Source: Octopus sinensis (taxonomy: Eukaryota). Taken from it: a DNA stretch of 64,000 nucleotides. How positions within the stretch are numbered: the first letter of the stretch is position 1; every line of letters starts with the position of its first letter. The stretch lies in NCBI RefSeq assembly GCF_006345805.1, contig NC_042997.1:13888001-13952000 (forward strand), in the 5' to 3' direction. A program made the translations under genes and the position numbers. The notes below the pieces were generated by a model, which was not told the DNA's origin, did no database searches, and was given only the letters and a program-made list of their open reading frames with translations. Shown here piece after piece: positions 1 through 12,400 of this stretch.

Positions 1-488
1 CAAGTGCGTAGCTGGTTCTTAATTTATCGACCCCGAAAGGATGAAAGGCAAAGTTGACCTCGGCGGAATTTGACTTAGAATGTAGCGGCAGAAGAAATAC
101 CTATTTCTTTACTACCCACAAGGGGCTAAACACAGAGAAGATAAACAACGACAAACAAACGGATCAAATCGATTATATCGACCCCAGTGCATAACTGGTA
201 CTTATTTAATCGACCCCGAAAGGATGAAAGTCAAAGTCGACCTCGGCGGAATTTGAACTCAGAACGTAACGGCAGACCAAGTACCTCTTTCTATTTCTTT
301 ACTGCCCACAAGGGGCTAAACACAGAGAGGACATCGAACCCAGTGCGTAGCTGGTACTTAATTTATAGACCCCGAAAGCATGAAAGGCAAAGTCGACCAC
401 GGCGGAATTTGAACTCAGAACGTAACGGCAGACGAAATACGGCTACGCATTTCGCCCGGCGTGCTAACACTTCTGCCAACTCGCCCAC
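1..488 (-). mobile_element. Head-to-tail array of three tRNA-derived SINE copies (family A, Meta-like central domain)
   Basis: Three repeats of GGTAC(T)TAATTTATCGACCCCGAAAGGATGAAAGGCAAAGT(C/T)GACC-CGGCGGAATTTGA. On the minus strand there is a B-box GAGTTCAAATTCC. Only the last copy keeps the 5' head. Same family as 48310-48541. Confidence 0.85.
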
Positions 489-958
489 TTAGAATATATT
501 TATATTAGCTTCAGCATGAGCTACTCATTCTCATTCATCTCCTCTCTACGTAAACTGACTCTGACGTTTCTTATTGGAATGTGATATGGAAGCTTATTCG
601 TTTATATAATTGAATCTCAGTCCACATTCACTTCATAATAGGATTTGTTTTAGCCTTTCATCCCAGCTCCTAAAAGAGCTAAGATCGTTTCAGTCTGCTT
701 TAGTCCTTACCACGTAATCTTTACTTCATGTCCAGTCACAATTACACGGTCATTTTTTTTAATAGGTTATTCATTCTGTTATAAAGTTTTATGTTTCCTA
801 TATAATCAGCATTTATTTCGCTTGCTGAATGAGGTAATGTCACAAATAGACAATAAGTTTATATTTGATATCAGTTAGTTGACAAGTTTGACGTCTGTTA
901 GCAATATCAACTTCATATTTCACCTGAACAAATTTGCCTTTGTCCTTCTAGGCTTGAC

Positions 959-994
<36 letters not shown>

Positions 995-2445
995 CACACA
1001 TACACACACAGAGTGTCGTACGTAATTTTGCATTCATATCTCGTCTCATGAATATTTTAACGTCTTCCGACAGAAATCAAATCGTACTTGTTGAATGAAA
1101 AGTTGTTGTTGTCGGTGTCGTTGTTGTTGTTCTTTTCTAATTAAAACCTATCTCACAGGCTAAAATTTCATTTTAGTAATTCCACAATACTAAAATGCTT
1201 ATAGCCTCAAACATCTACAGCTGCTGCTTAAATACACGGTCTTACTTCGACAAGTATTACAGTGTTTTGTCACTTTTAATCAAATTTTTCCATTCAAATT
1301 CAGCTAATAATTTCTATTCTTTATCAGCAACGTCTATTCCCACCTACCTCTTGGAGTGATATTTAAAGTAATTTGGTATATTTCATCAAAACACTATTTT
1401 TATATAATCATTTCAACAAGTCATATTTATGTAATTACTCCAAGCTGTTTTGTACAATTATATCAACAAACTATATTTATACATCATCGATACCAGACTA
1501 TTGTCGTACGCGTTCATAAACATTTTTATTATATATATATCTAAATCTTAAAACTAGCTTCACTTCCGTGTGTGTGTGTGTGTTTATGGCGTCAAAAATT
1601 GAAAAGTGAATTCAAGTGAATATCACAAAATATTCTGATACAGTTCGATCTGCTCAAAGATATGGGAAAATATTGCCGAAAAATATATCTTTGGAATTGT
1701 AGCAAATGTTATGAGTGAACTCATTAAGTTGACATTTATATATATTGTCATAATTTAAGTTAACTGATTAAAATTACATGTTCTCATTGTTTATCTGGAA
1801 CTCATCCCTATGCAAGCAAACTAATGATCAGGGTAGGGTCATATGCTATAGCATGTCCTCTGTTCGGATAATAAAATATATTTCCAACTATATTATGTAA
1901 TCATTCTGTTTAATTTTTAAGCGATAGAAATAATAATTCTCCTAGGAATATTTCATAGTTTATCTACCTGAGTCAGTTACCTCGTAAAGCACTGCTCTCT
2001 AGAAGAAATATTAAGTGTAGAATGTGCAGGTAGGTAATCATCTCTTTTAATCTTTGTTGTACGTCTTAATACAATGAGCTTTCCTTTCTGGATTAAGTGA
2101 AGTAAATTCAATATGCTTTGGTTAGAGGAGTACAAATAGCTATCGTGATCCTCACAGATGATATATCAATATAGGTAAATCAAAACAAAAAGGTGAGTTT
2201 GGTCTCCTGCATAGCCTTGGTTTCTACATGTACTGAGTGACCTTTTCAATTATAGAATTTCAACGAAAGAATCCAATCAAATAAAACTCGGACTACAGTA
2301 TGTGTACTCTTTACAGCCTTTTTTTTTGTTTTGAGAGTGTCCTGATATACAGAAATGTACATGGAGATCGAAATACTGTTTACTCGTCTTACAATTCAGC
2401 TCACAGTAAATAATTATATAATTTGCATACATAAATAACTATTTC

Positions 2446-2586
<141 letters not shown>

Positions 2587-2597
2587 AGAGAGAGAGT

Positions 2598-3198
2598 GGT
2601 CACAAAAGTGACAGAAGGTACTGACTATCACCGCTTTTGCTGAAAATAAGAGTTAAAACAACTCGAAAGCCACAAAGGTACTTACTGTCTTAATGAATGA
2701 CAAAGGGAGGTAAGTCCCCAGCGTCATAGTCGGATCGCGCTTTCGGATTTTGATCAAGAGCATCTTAATCCTCATTAGCGACTCTTAACGCCTAGGGTTA
2801 AAAGTCAACTACTTCTCTCGGTCTTATAAGAACCACCTCTGTTGGTCTTATAAGAAAAACTTCAATTCAATTTGCCTTTAGGTGCTAATTACTAATAAGC
2901 TACCCTTTTTAATTTTTTGTAAATTTTAATTTACACTTTTGAAAATCAGCGCGTTTTCATTGGATTTTCTTATAAGACTAACAGGGTTAGTTGAGTTTAA
3001 CCCTAAGCGTTAAGAGTCGCTGATGAGGATTAAGGTGGACTATATCAAAATCCGAAATCGCGATCCGACTATGTATGCTGGAGACTTACCTCACTTTGTC
3101 AGTCATTAAGACAATGCTTTTGTGGCTTTGAGTTGTTTACAACCTTATTTTTTTAGAAAAAGCGGTGCTAGTCAGTACCCTCTGTAACATTTGTGACT
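2598..3198. mobile_element. Foldback/MITE-like non-autonomous DNA element with about 250-bp inverted arms
   Basis: The left arm (GGTCACAAAAGTGACAGAAGGTACTGACTATCACCGCTTTT ... CTGTTGGTCTTATAAGAAAA, to 2858) is the reverse complement of the right arm (TTTTCTTATAAGACTAACAG at 2965 ... AAAAGCGGTGCTAGTCAGTACCCTCTGTAACATTTGTGAC). The spacer is about 105 bp. Confidence 0.8.
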
Positions 3199-3716
3199 AT
3201 AATTTTGCCTGTAGGTTCTAATCATTTGCTGGTTATATACTGTAAGTTAGCAATATACGCTTACACATCTATTTATATACAAGTACGCATAGACAAATGT
3301 ATATATACACACGTTGATACTCAATCAGTACAAACTGTAGATCCTACTCAGAGATGGTTCTCATAGCAGCGTATATATACAAGAAGAGCACAAGTGGAGT
3401 TCAAAATTCGCAACATTTTAGATTTCGGCAGCGTTTTAGAATTACTTCATGGCAAGAATCCGCCATCTCCAGGTGATTTTTTTAAACAAATAGCTTTGAA
3501 GCAAGTCGACTTATATTTTACGCCTTACCTCCTCAGCTAAAAATAACCAGAGGATCACAAATTTTTTGCCGTGTAATCAAAGAATGCATGAATGCATCAA
3601 TAAAATGCTGCCGAAACATCTGTCGTGAATTAAAAACCCCCACTTGTGTTCTTCTGTTAAATGTATATGTTTATGTATATACACATACACACATATGTAT
3701 ATGCGTGTGTATATAT

Positions 3717-3945
3717 ACTCTTTACTCTTTTACTTGTTTTAGTCATTTGACTACAGCCATGCTGGAGAACTGCCTTTAGTTGAGCAAATCGACCCCAGGA
3801 CTTATTCTTTGTAAGCCTAGTACTTATTCTATCGGTATCTTTTGCCGAACCGCTATGTTACGGGGACGTAAACACACCAGCATCGGTTGTCAAGCGATGT
3901 TGGAGGGGACAAGCACAGACACACAAACATATATACACACACACG

Positions 3946-4002
<57 letters not shown>

Positions 4003-4147
4003 GACAGGCGTCTTTCAGTCTCTGTCTACCAAAATCCACTCACAAGGCCTTGGTCGGCCCGGGGCTATAATAGAAGACACTTGCCCAAGGTGCCAGAACC
4101 ATGTGGCTGGTAAGCAAGCAACTTACCACACAGTTACTCCTGCGCCT
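3717..4147 (-). mobile_element. CORE-type tRNA SINE (family B) with an internal (CA)n/(TA)n tract
   Basis: On the minus strand: A-box-like head, CORE-like CCTTGGGCAAGTGTCTTCT and 3' tail CCAGCATGGC..TAGTCAAATGACTAAAACAAGTAAAAGAG. The B-box region is deleted. Confidence 0.85.
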
Positions 4148-5484
4148 ACATGTATATATGTATGAATATATATATATAGGTCGTGTAGGGTATTTCCAGA
4201 GAAGCAGTCAATCCGTCTTTGGGCTATCACCACTGTCAAATTCCAGACTAATACCGAAATTCTTCAGACGTAGAAAATCTTGGTGTAGCGAAGAGTAAAA
4301 TATAATCCAAATATTAAGACAAAGAAATATTTCAACACATCTTAACGATCAGTTACGATTGTTTGTGTACTAACTCGGCTTGCAACGCCAATTTACGCGA
4401 TATTCGAAGTGAACATTTACATAGTATTCGAGGTTTTTGATATTAGAGTGGCACTTCATCAGACTTGCTTCATAGGTGCTCTCTTGCATTGTGACATTGT
4501 TTCTTGTTTACACCGGGAAGAAGCAAAACGCAAATAAAAGTATGGTTATAAAAGGAAGAATTAATATAGAGATCATATGGGAAGGGTGAAGAAGAAAAAT
4601 ACGAAGAAGAAGAATGAAGAGGACGGAAGGAGACTGAGGACATAAAGAATTGAGAAGACAATATCTAACAATAGCTGGACGAAATATTCTCAGAATGGTC
4701 GATCAGTATTACGTTGTCACCGGTATCAAATATCGTTTGATAAGTGAATTTTTTTTTCAGTTTACCACAAGCGACAACAATAAACAGACAAAATTATGTG
4801 TGGGTGTGAGGAACGGCTAGAGTAACAGTTCTCAACACTTGACACATTCGTTAGTTCTTTACCAGATGTGTTTGTAAATATTTACTGACATGTCTTCTGG
4901 TGGAGACGCAAACGCAGTGTGCGGTGTTGATGACAATAAAAAATTCAGCGTGTAAGATATACAACATAATTTCTTTCACTATAGTAGTATTAACACAGAA
5001 TCACATAGATCGGTATCATTACCATCATTTTCATGGCGCTACACTCATCCAATACGATAGTATCACAAAACACTATAGATGCTTGACAGCCATTTATTGT
5101 AACGCAAAATACACACAATACATGTGTTTCTTCAGGTAATAGAGCGGATGAACCTCTAAGACTCTGTGCTGCTTCTCCAGGAGAGTCCGAAACCATTGAA
5201 ACAATTTTCACAACTTCACATGAAGCGTTCTACACAGGTTACCTCTTCATTCACCTAGGGTTCGTATTTGCTGTTTCTTCCTCTGTTTGGTACTGCACGT
5301 GCTCAGTCAGCTCGCAGTAATTATCAATAGGAAAAACTACTTGTTTGATTGTCGCAACTAGCGATATGGCTGAAGCGAGAAGACCAAAAATGGCTTGAAA
5401 GTCATAGCATGCCGGCGGAAAATAACATCACTAGGTGAGACAAGCTGACACTGAATTAGCTTCGCTGACTAACAGGCGACGTTC

Positions 5485-5591
5485 ATTGGTCAGTTAAATT
5501 TGAGACAGTGTCACGTGACAACTTCCAGGGGCTGCCTGCTGGAGCGTAGCAGCAGGTATTTAAAAGGAAAAAATTTGACTAGTCAGTCAGT
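5485..5591 (+). promoter_or_regulatory. Pol II core-promoter-like cluster
   Basis: Reverse CCAAT (ATTGG, 5485-5489), palindromic E-box TGTCACGTGACA (5509-5520), TATTTAAAA (5557-5565) and Inr-like TCAGT (5583-5587, 5587-5591) whose A lies 28-32 nt after the start of the TATA. Confidence 0.45.
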
Positions 5592-6094
5592 CGCCCGCTG
5601 ACACTCGCTGACGCTACATCGAAGAGGCCAGGGAACAGAAGAAAGAAGAAAGAAGACATGCACCCAACACCAGAGCTGAAGACACCTCCGAAAGGAGGGC
5701 CCCGCCACGTCAAAACGGTAGAGGAGTAGGTGCCGAAACTGGACGTGGTTCCTCCTGATGATGTCTTGAGCTAACTGGGTCCTATAAAGGAGCTGTTGTG
5801 GTAGCAGACCACGAAACACGGTTGGAAGTCCTCCTTTGTTATTGATATTCAAGCTTCCGACTGTATGATTGTGTATTTGAAACGAGTGGCAACAACAATA
5901 AAAGATAAAGCTCTTGTCTGCATCATACTGAGTGACGTAGACTTGTGAAGGGCACAGCACAACGGGAAATGTTTGGCTACACCTTCACCCCCAAATACTA
6001 TCCGAATTACAGAGACCATAGCCCTGACCCCAAGTACAAAAGCGAAAAGAACAATTTCTTACATCCGAAACTATACCAGAACTGCTATCCACCA

Positions 6095-6474
6095 TGGAAG
6101 CACTCCGTCGGTTACGACGACGAGGGTTCCGGTTGATCCGATCAACGGAACAGCCAGCTCGTGAAATTAACGTGTAAGTGGCTGAGCACTCCACAGACAC
6201 GTGTACCCTTAACGTAGTTCTCGGGGATATTCAGCGTGACACAGAGAGTGACAAGGCTGGCCCTTTGAAATACAGGTACAACAGAAACAGGAAGCAAGAG
6301 TGAGAGAAAGTTGTGGTGAAAGAGTACAGCAGGGATCACCACCATCCCTACCGGAGCCTCGTGGAGCTTTAGGTGTTTTCGCTCAATAAACACTCACAAC
6401 ACCCGGTCTGGGAATCGAAACCGCGATCCTACGACCGCGAGTCCGCTGCCCTAACCACTGGGCCATTGCGCCTC
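6095..6474 (-). mobile_element. Full-length tRNA SINE (family C, tail type 1) with a 13-bp TSD
   Basis: Minus-strand A-box TGGCCCAGTGG and B-box GGTTTCGATTCC. TSD CTGCTATCCACCA at 6082-6094 and 6475-6487. Confidence 0.9.
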
Positions 6475-6736
6475 CTGCTATCCACCAACAACATGTCTGA
6501 ATAAAAAATGCAACATTCACCATTTAAACGCTATGAAACGAAAATTAAACAACAAATAATAATATAATAATGGAACAAAATCATATACGTACAAATCACA
6601 CTTGTTCGTACTCTCCATTTAAGTGAGTAATACTAGAAGGTACAATCAAAGTTTAACCATTTCAAAATGGATAGCAACACAAAATACTCCCATAAAGGAA
6701 CAATTATAGTGATTGTTCATCATTAATAACTTAACT

Positions 6737-6959
6737 TTAAGGCGGCAAGCTGGCAGGACTGTTAGCACGCTAGACGAAATTCTGAGCAGTATTTCGCCCG
6801 TTGCTACGTTCTGAGTTCAAATTTCGCTGCGGTCGACTTTGCTTTTCATCCTTTCGCGGTCGATGAAATGAGTACGAGTTGAGCACTGGGGTCGATGTAA
6901 TCGACTAGACCCCTCCCTCAAAAAATGTCAGGCCTCATGTCTATGGCAGAAAGGAATAT
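6737..6959 (+). mobile_element. Family A SINE with a 10-bp TSD
   Basis: GGCGGCAAGCTGGCAG head, B-box GAGTTCAAATTTC and CTTTTCATCCTTTCGCGGTCGAT core. TAACTTAACT at 6727-6736 and 6960-6969. Confidence 0.85.
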
Positions 6960-7715
6960 TAACTTAACTAGAAAGTTCAGTTAATTCTAAGTTTCCAAAT
7001 CCAGCATTCTGCAAACAGCCATCTCGCGACTTCTGTATGAAACTTGAACATTAACATTTGAACATTAAAACTTACTCGAAATCTACTGACCAATGAGCAA
7101 AATCAGCCACCTTAATTGCGATATTCTTACTAAATGCACCAGACATCAACTTATCCGTCACTATTCAAAACTGGTAGATTCTATACATAGACAGTTGAAG
7201 CCCTGAACAGACACACACCATTTTTTATATCTTATTAGAAACCCGCCAAAACAATGTCTGTAAGAATGCTAAGCTAAAAATTAGAAACTCCATCACCATT
7301 CACATGAATCGGCCTGAGCCTATTGACGGAAATTGACGATTTGTTCAGTGATCCCCTAATTGTAATAGCAAATAATGTATTTTCAAATGTTGTAAGTGAT
7401 TATGTGTCTGTATACAATAACGCTAATGACTCAGTAATAACTCGCTTCCATATGCTTCATCAACCGTGTCTTCGCCGCTTCCAATAACGAACTGGCAATA
7501 TCAAGACTTTGGTCTAAAAATGCAGTTATGGCTGCATATTAAAAATGGGGAACTTCAACCACTTTGTAACCAGGTAATCTGAACCCAATCCCAGACACTG
7601 CAGTTGCAGTTATTACTTAACATTATAGACATTATTTTTCTTATCGTAAATCTTGCTTCAGTCAAAAGACAAAACTGAAGGCAGGTGAACTTATATTACT
7701 GTTAATACCCACTCT

Positions 7716-7950
7716 AAGTCGGTGAGCTGGCAGGAACGTTAGCATACCGGAATCATTAGCATACCGGAATCGTTAGCATGCTTAGCAGTATTTCGTTCGT
7801 CTTCACGTTGTTAGGTCAAATTCTACCGGGGTTGACTTTACCTTCCGTCCTTTCGGGGACGATAAAATAAGTGCCAGTCGAACACTGAGGTCGATGTAAT
7901 CGACGTCCCCCCTCCCGAAGCTGCTGGCCTTGTGCTAAATTTTGAAACCG
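7716..7950 (+). mobile_element. Family A SINE, diverged
   Basis: GGTGAGCTGGCAGGAACGTTAGC head, CCGTCCTTTCGGGGACGATAAAATAAGT core and GGCCTTGTGCTAAATTTTGAAACC tail. Confidence 0.8.
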
Positions 7951-8386
7951 ATATTACTGATCCCTTTAGTATTATCTATAACTTATCAGTGGAGAACATG
8001 CTACGAACCACACACAAAAACACTCACACACACTCACACGTTAATAGACATAGGAACTGAGAGAGAGACGAATATATATACATATGTCTAAAAGAAAACT
8101 GTACATAGCATTTAAAGTAATTCGAAAAGAGATAGTGAAATTTCCTGTATATTATCTGAATAATCCACATTGACAGAGTATGCTCTGTGATACATATTAA
8201 CCACATCCGTTTCCTTGATTCCATTTGGCACACATTATGATTGTATCTTTGTGGGCACGCCATAAGTATTCTGAAGTTTTAACAAGTCTCGAACACATTC
8301 AGGTCGAAAGTATTTCTAATAATAGAGAGTAAAACACATGTTGTAGCCAAGTTGCTTATTAAGGAATATAACTTATAAATACACAC

Positions 8387-8484
<98 letters not shown>

Positions 8485-8520
8485 TACATATACATATGTA
8501 TATACATATATATATATGTA

Positions 8521-8558
<38 letters not shown>

Positions 8559-8685
8559 TGTGAAATAGAAAGATGAATAATCTTGTAGTAGATTAATCAA
8601 AAGTTTAACCGATACCTTAGTAGCGCCTTTCGAAACACGTGTAGAATGAAATAAAACGATTTCTGTTCAATCTGCGTTCAGCAAT

Positions 8686-8726
<41 letters not shown>

Positions 8727-8730
8727 AAGG

Positions 8731-8781
8731 AGCTTCTACAGGACTAGAACTGTTTCATTCAAATGAAATCATCAGAAAGCT
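8731..8781 (-). ncRNA. Type I hammerhead ribozyme fold (PLE-type), minus-strand copy
   Basis: Minus strand reads AGCUUU CUGAUGA UUUCAUUUGAAU GAAA CAG UUCUAGUC CUG UA/GAAGCU. Confidence 0.7.
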
Positions 8782-8921
8782 TGCTGTCAAAATAAGTTCT
8801 GGCATTTATACAGATTTAATGGGGTGGTGGTGGTGGTGGACATTTTTTGGAGTAAGCAGGGCACAAGCTGTCTTTCTTAGGGGAGTGGTCAAAAAAATCA
8901 GTGATAAAGTAAATAAATGAA

Positions 8922-8952
<31 letters not shown>

Positions 8953-9032
8953 ATAGAATAATTGAATAGAGCTTTAGGTAAATTAGAAGACTATCGCTTT
9001 TAGTCAGTTTGTTGTTGTTGTTATTGACAGCA

Positions 9033-9083
9033 AGCTTCCTGATGATTTCATTTGAATGAAACAGTTCTAGTCCTGTAGAAGCT
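9033..9083 (+). ncRNA. Type I hammerhead ribozyme fold (PLE-type), plus-strand copy
   Basis: Stem I is AGCTTC (9033-38) with GAAGCT (9078-83). CTGATGA at 9039-45, GAAA at 9058-61, stem III ACAG/CTGT and a GUA cleavage triplet ending at 9077. Confidence 0.75.
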
Positions 9084-9343
9084 CCTTCTATAAAATAAAT
9101 TAATTTACTCTGCTATGTATTGAGTACCTTATTTACTGTGGTTAACCCCGACTCAACCCGGGACCTACATATATATATATATATATTTGAAATAGAAAAT
9201 TACCCTTTGACAGGTAATTTTTACATGCTAGAAATAGCAGCCAACACGGCCAAAACCCCAATATGTTGTCTATTGACTATTTATACACGCTGGGCCACTG
9301 GTGGTGATATTTATAAAGAATATTCGCAACCCTATAGATTTAT

Positions 9344-9390
<47 letters not shown>

Positions 9391-9610
9391 ATACACACAT
9401 ATGTATGAGTGTGTGTGTTTGTACGTGTGTGTGTGTCATGTACACATACACCCATATCTATATAGATATAGATACAGATATACATATTAAATATGCATGC
9501 ATTTATAAATATATATTTATGTGTACATATATATCGTACACATATTTATAGGCATCTTTAAATACATATATGTGTTTATGCGCATGTAGATATTTATGTA
9601 AAGATGTATG

Positions 9611-9653
<43 letters not shown>

Positions 9654-10319
9654 GTATATATAAATATCATCTTTTTGAATAACTTCAATATTTTTACACT
9701 TTCCTGCACTTCTTTACGTTTTATTTTTTTAAATCCAAAATGAATTTCTTGTTTATTTACAGTAAATACGATATCATTAAACAAAGAAAATAGTTTAAAT
9801 AAATAACAAAAAATTCAACTCCAATATAATTTCTCTGCAGCAAATGAATTTTAAAGTTTCAGGCCATAAAAAATAACTGGCATGTGTAATTATACAGGTG
9901 TGTATATTTGTGGCGTAAATATGATGGCTGATACTATGTACTTTAAGATTTTCTCGCGCTTTTCGTCTCTAGGGCAACGAAATTTTCGCTTAACTACTGC
10001 CAACAGTGACACAAAAACATACGTGTTGTACGCATTAGTTTGTAACATTGATTATTAATTAGGTAAATTAATAGTATTCCTCAAACTGGCAATTAAATAT
10101 ATGTAGTATTGCCGCAGAATATTTTCGTATATATCATATTTGGTGCACAAGCGCACATAGAAACTATATCTGTGTGTATACAGTCTTATATTCATATTGA
10201 TTCAATCATTTATATGTTTGTGCTATCACGTGTGAATAGTCATGTGTGATATAAATATAAATATATATATATACATATATATATAAACATAAACATATAT
10301 ATGGACAAACAAGTCTGTT

Positions 10320-10363
<44 letters not shown>

Positions 10364-10615
10364 TATGCATGCGTTTGCGTATGCATGCATTTATACGTAT
10401 ATTTATATATGTGTGAGTATGTTTGTTAGTGTATAACTAAGTATTTAGATAAAAAAATAGATGTGCATGTAATACACACACGTGCATATATATATATACT
10501 TACAAATATATTCATATATATATGTATATACGTATATATGCATATATATATACATATATACATATATACATACGCATTTATATATATTTATATATATACA
10601 TATATATATACACAA

Positions 10616-10647
<32 letters not shown>

Positions 10648-10684
10648 GCATATACATACATACGTACATATATACATATATATA

Positions 10685-10728
<44 letters not shown>

Positions 10729-10974
10729 TATATATAAACAGAAATATTTTTGCCTGTGACGATAAAATAAATGAAAGTATACTATCAAATATTTGCATTG
10801 CTTAATGGAAGATATGATATCTAAATAACACATTAAGTTTCAACGTTAAAACTGTTTGCAAGTTTCTGAAACTACTGGCTATATTGTGAAAGTAGAAGAT
10901 TGAAATATATCATTCGTTTTATAACAGTATAATTTCTTTAAAATATTTGCTGTATGACAAATTTTTCAGTATGA

Positions 10975-11400
10975 ATAGGTGCAGACGTGGCTATATTATA
11001 GGAAGCTTGCTTTCTGACCACGTGATTTAATGGTTGAGTCCCACAGCGCGGCAACATGGGCAAGTGTCTTTTACTATGACCTCTGCCCGACCAAAGCCTT
11101 GTGAGTCGATTTGTTAGACGGAAACTGAAAGAGGCCCGTCCTATATATATGTATATACATATAATTATGCGTTTGTGTCGTTGTGTCCGTGTATGTCCTC
11201 CTACCCACACCATCTCTTGACAACCAATGTTGGAGTGTTTACGTCCCTATAACTTAAGGGTTCGACGAAAGATATTGATAGAAGAAGCAATAGGCTTAAA
11301 AGACTAAGTCCTGGGATCGATGTGTTCAACTATAACCCTTTAAGGCGGTGATCCAGCATGGCCGCAGTCAAGCGACTGAAACAAGTAAAAGAACCAAAGA
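10975..11400 (+). mobile_element. CORE-type SINE (family B), diverged
   Basis: ATGGGCAAGTGTCTTTTACTATG core, GACGGAAACTGAAAGAGGCCCGTC, and tail CCAGCATGGCCGCAGTCAAGCGACTGAAACAAGTAAAAG. Confidence 0.8.
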
Positions 11401-11659
11401 ATATACAATAGAATCAGATACTGAAGGACTCAAAAATTTACAAAAAAAATCATGCAAAAGATTCACATGATAGGTTTTGATAGCTTTCAAACCAAGAACA
11501 CGATAGGTCATACGTGCTTGCTGAAAGATATTTGTCGCTTAGTATTCCTGACTGTGGTCACAAAAAGCAACAAATATCATTTGTGAAATATAAAGAAACT
11601 ACAAAAAATTATTGACCAAATAAATTATTGGGCGTGTCATTGATAACGAAAAATCTCGT

Positions 11660-12400
11660 CAGTTATTCTCCAAGTTATGCCGAACTGTTAGATTTCCTTC
11701 TCAAACTCTCCAGATGAAACTGGCAAGAGATGCGGAGTTTTCTCTGTTAGTGTACCTAAAGGAGTACGTATGAAGTGTTATATTTCTTTTCAAGTTGTTG
11801 GCTGTAAGACCCGTATAATTCATCTTGATATCACCAGCTGGAATGAAGGATACCATATAAAAGATTGTATTTGAATCTATTTTTAGATAGAGAGGGGCTT
11901 TAGTGAGGAGATAAGGTATACAGTGACTACTCCATCCCCACACACCTGAAATTCGTTAGGAAGAGTTTCATTCTCCGTCCAAACCAGATTCGTTAATATT
12001 TCCGAAGTGTACTTAAACTCAAGCTTTTTAACCAGCACATTTCCATTTTTAATCTATATCGCACGCTTCCGCATCTTACGTTTTCTGACCTTCAAGAGTG
12101 AAATTCTTATTCTATCCGTCAAAACACATATCCATTTCACAAATTTGGTCCTCCAGAACTCAAGATCACAAACTTTTTGTAATGCATTCTTCGTTCGACT
12201 GTATCATGTGCAACCATATCAAATAAATTACCTTCTGTACATTTTTGTTAGATGCTCATTGAAAGTTGCCGTCTTCTTGTACCAAACAAATCTGATTTGC
12301 TTATCAATTAGAGTCTTTAATTTTTTTTTAAGGGGCTAGTTTTTATTTCATCATGAGACGAGATTTTTGCTGCATTTTAATATTAACTTTACTTTAGACG
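11660..12400 (-). pseudogene. Highly degraded Tc1/mariner-superfamily transposase fossil
   Basis: Minus-strand fragments across broken frames resemble the DDD/E motifs: VLTD...FTLEG, (V)WG, FQ, and a late FIW.V. Confidence 0.3.

Larger units (their letters stand above)
4896..6490 (+). mobile_element. Candidate solo-LTR-like element, interrupted by a SINE
   Basis: Flanked by the direct repeat ACATGTCT (4888-4895 and 6491-6498). TGGTGGA near the left end is inverted as TCCACCA near the right end. Promoter-like motifs are followed by AATAAA at 5897-5902. Confidence 0.4.

Noticed and set aside
3422-3472. Short phase-1 exon-like frames here (DFGSVLELLHGKNPPSP) and at 16858-16935 (VEYRFNYEKRLP...)
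   Set aside because: Donors are weak, the peptides are not recognisable, and frames this short are expected by chance.
4200-4470. Two hammerhead-like cores on the minus strand (CUGAUGA at 4456-62, CUGAAGA near 4261-67)
   Set aside because: GAAA is mutated and stems II and III do not pair. At most a decayed PLE terminal repeat.
6400-6474. tRNA gene-like A and B boxes here and at other SINE heads
   Set aside because: There is no full cloverleaf, and each continues into a SINE body.
8632-8648. GAAACACGTGTA/GAATG, a palindromic stem III half of a hammerhead
   Set aside because: No CUGANGA or matching stem I strand nearby.
8380-10840. Many 60-340 aa ORFs rich in YI, HT, CV, poly-I, poly-L or poly-N, here and across the window
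   Set aside because: They are stop-free translations of (TA)n, (CA)n, (TACA)n and (TAA)n repeats, not genes.
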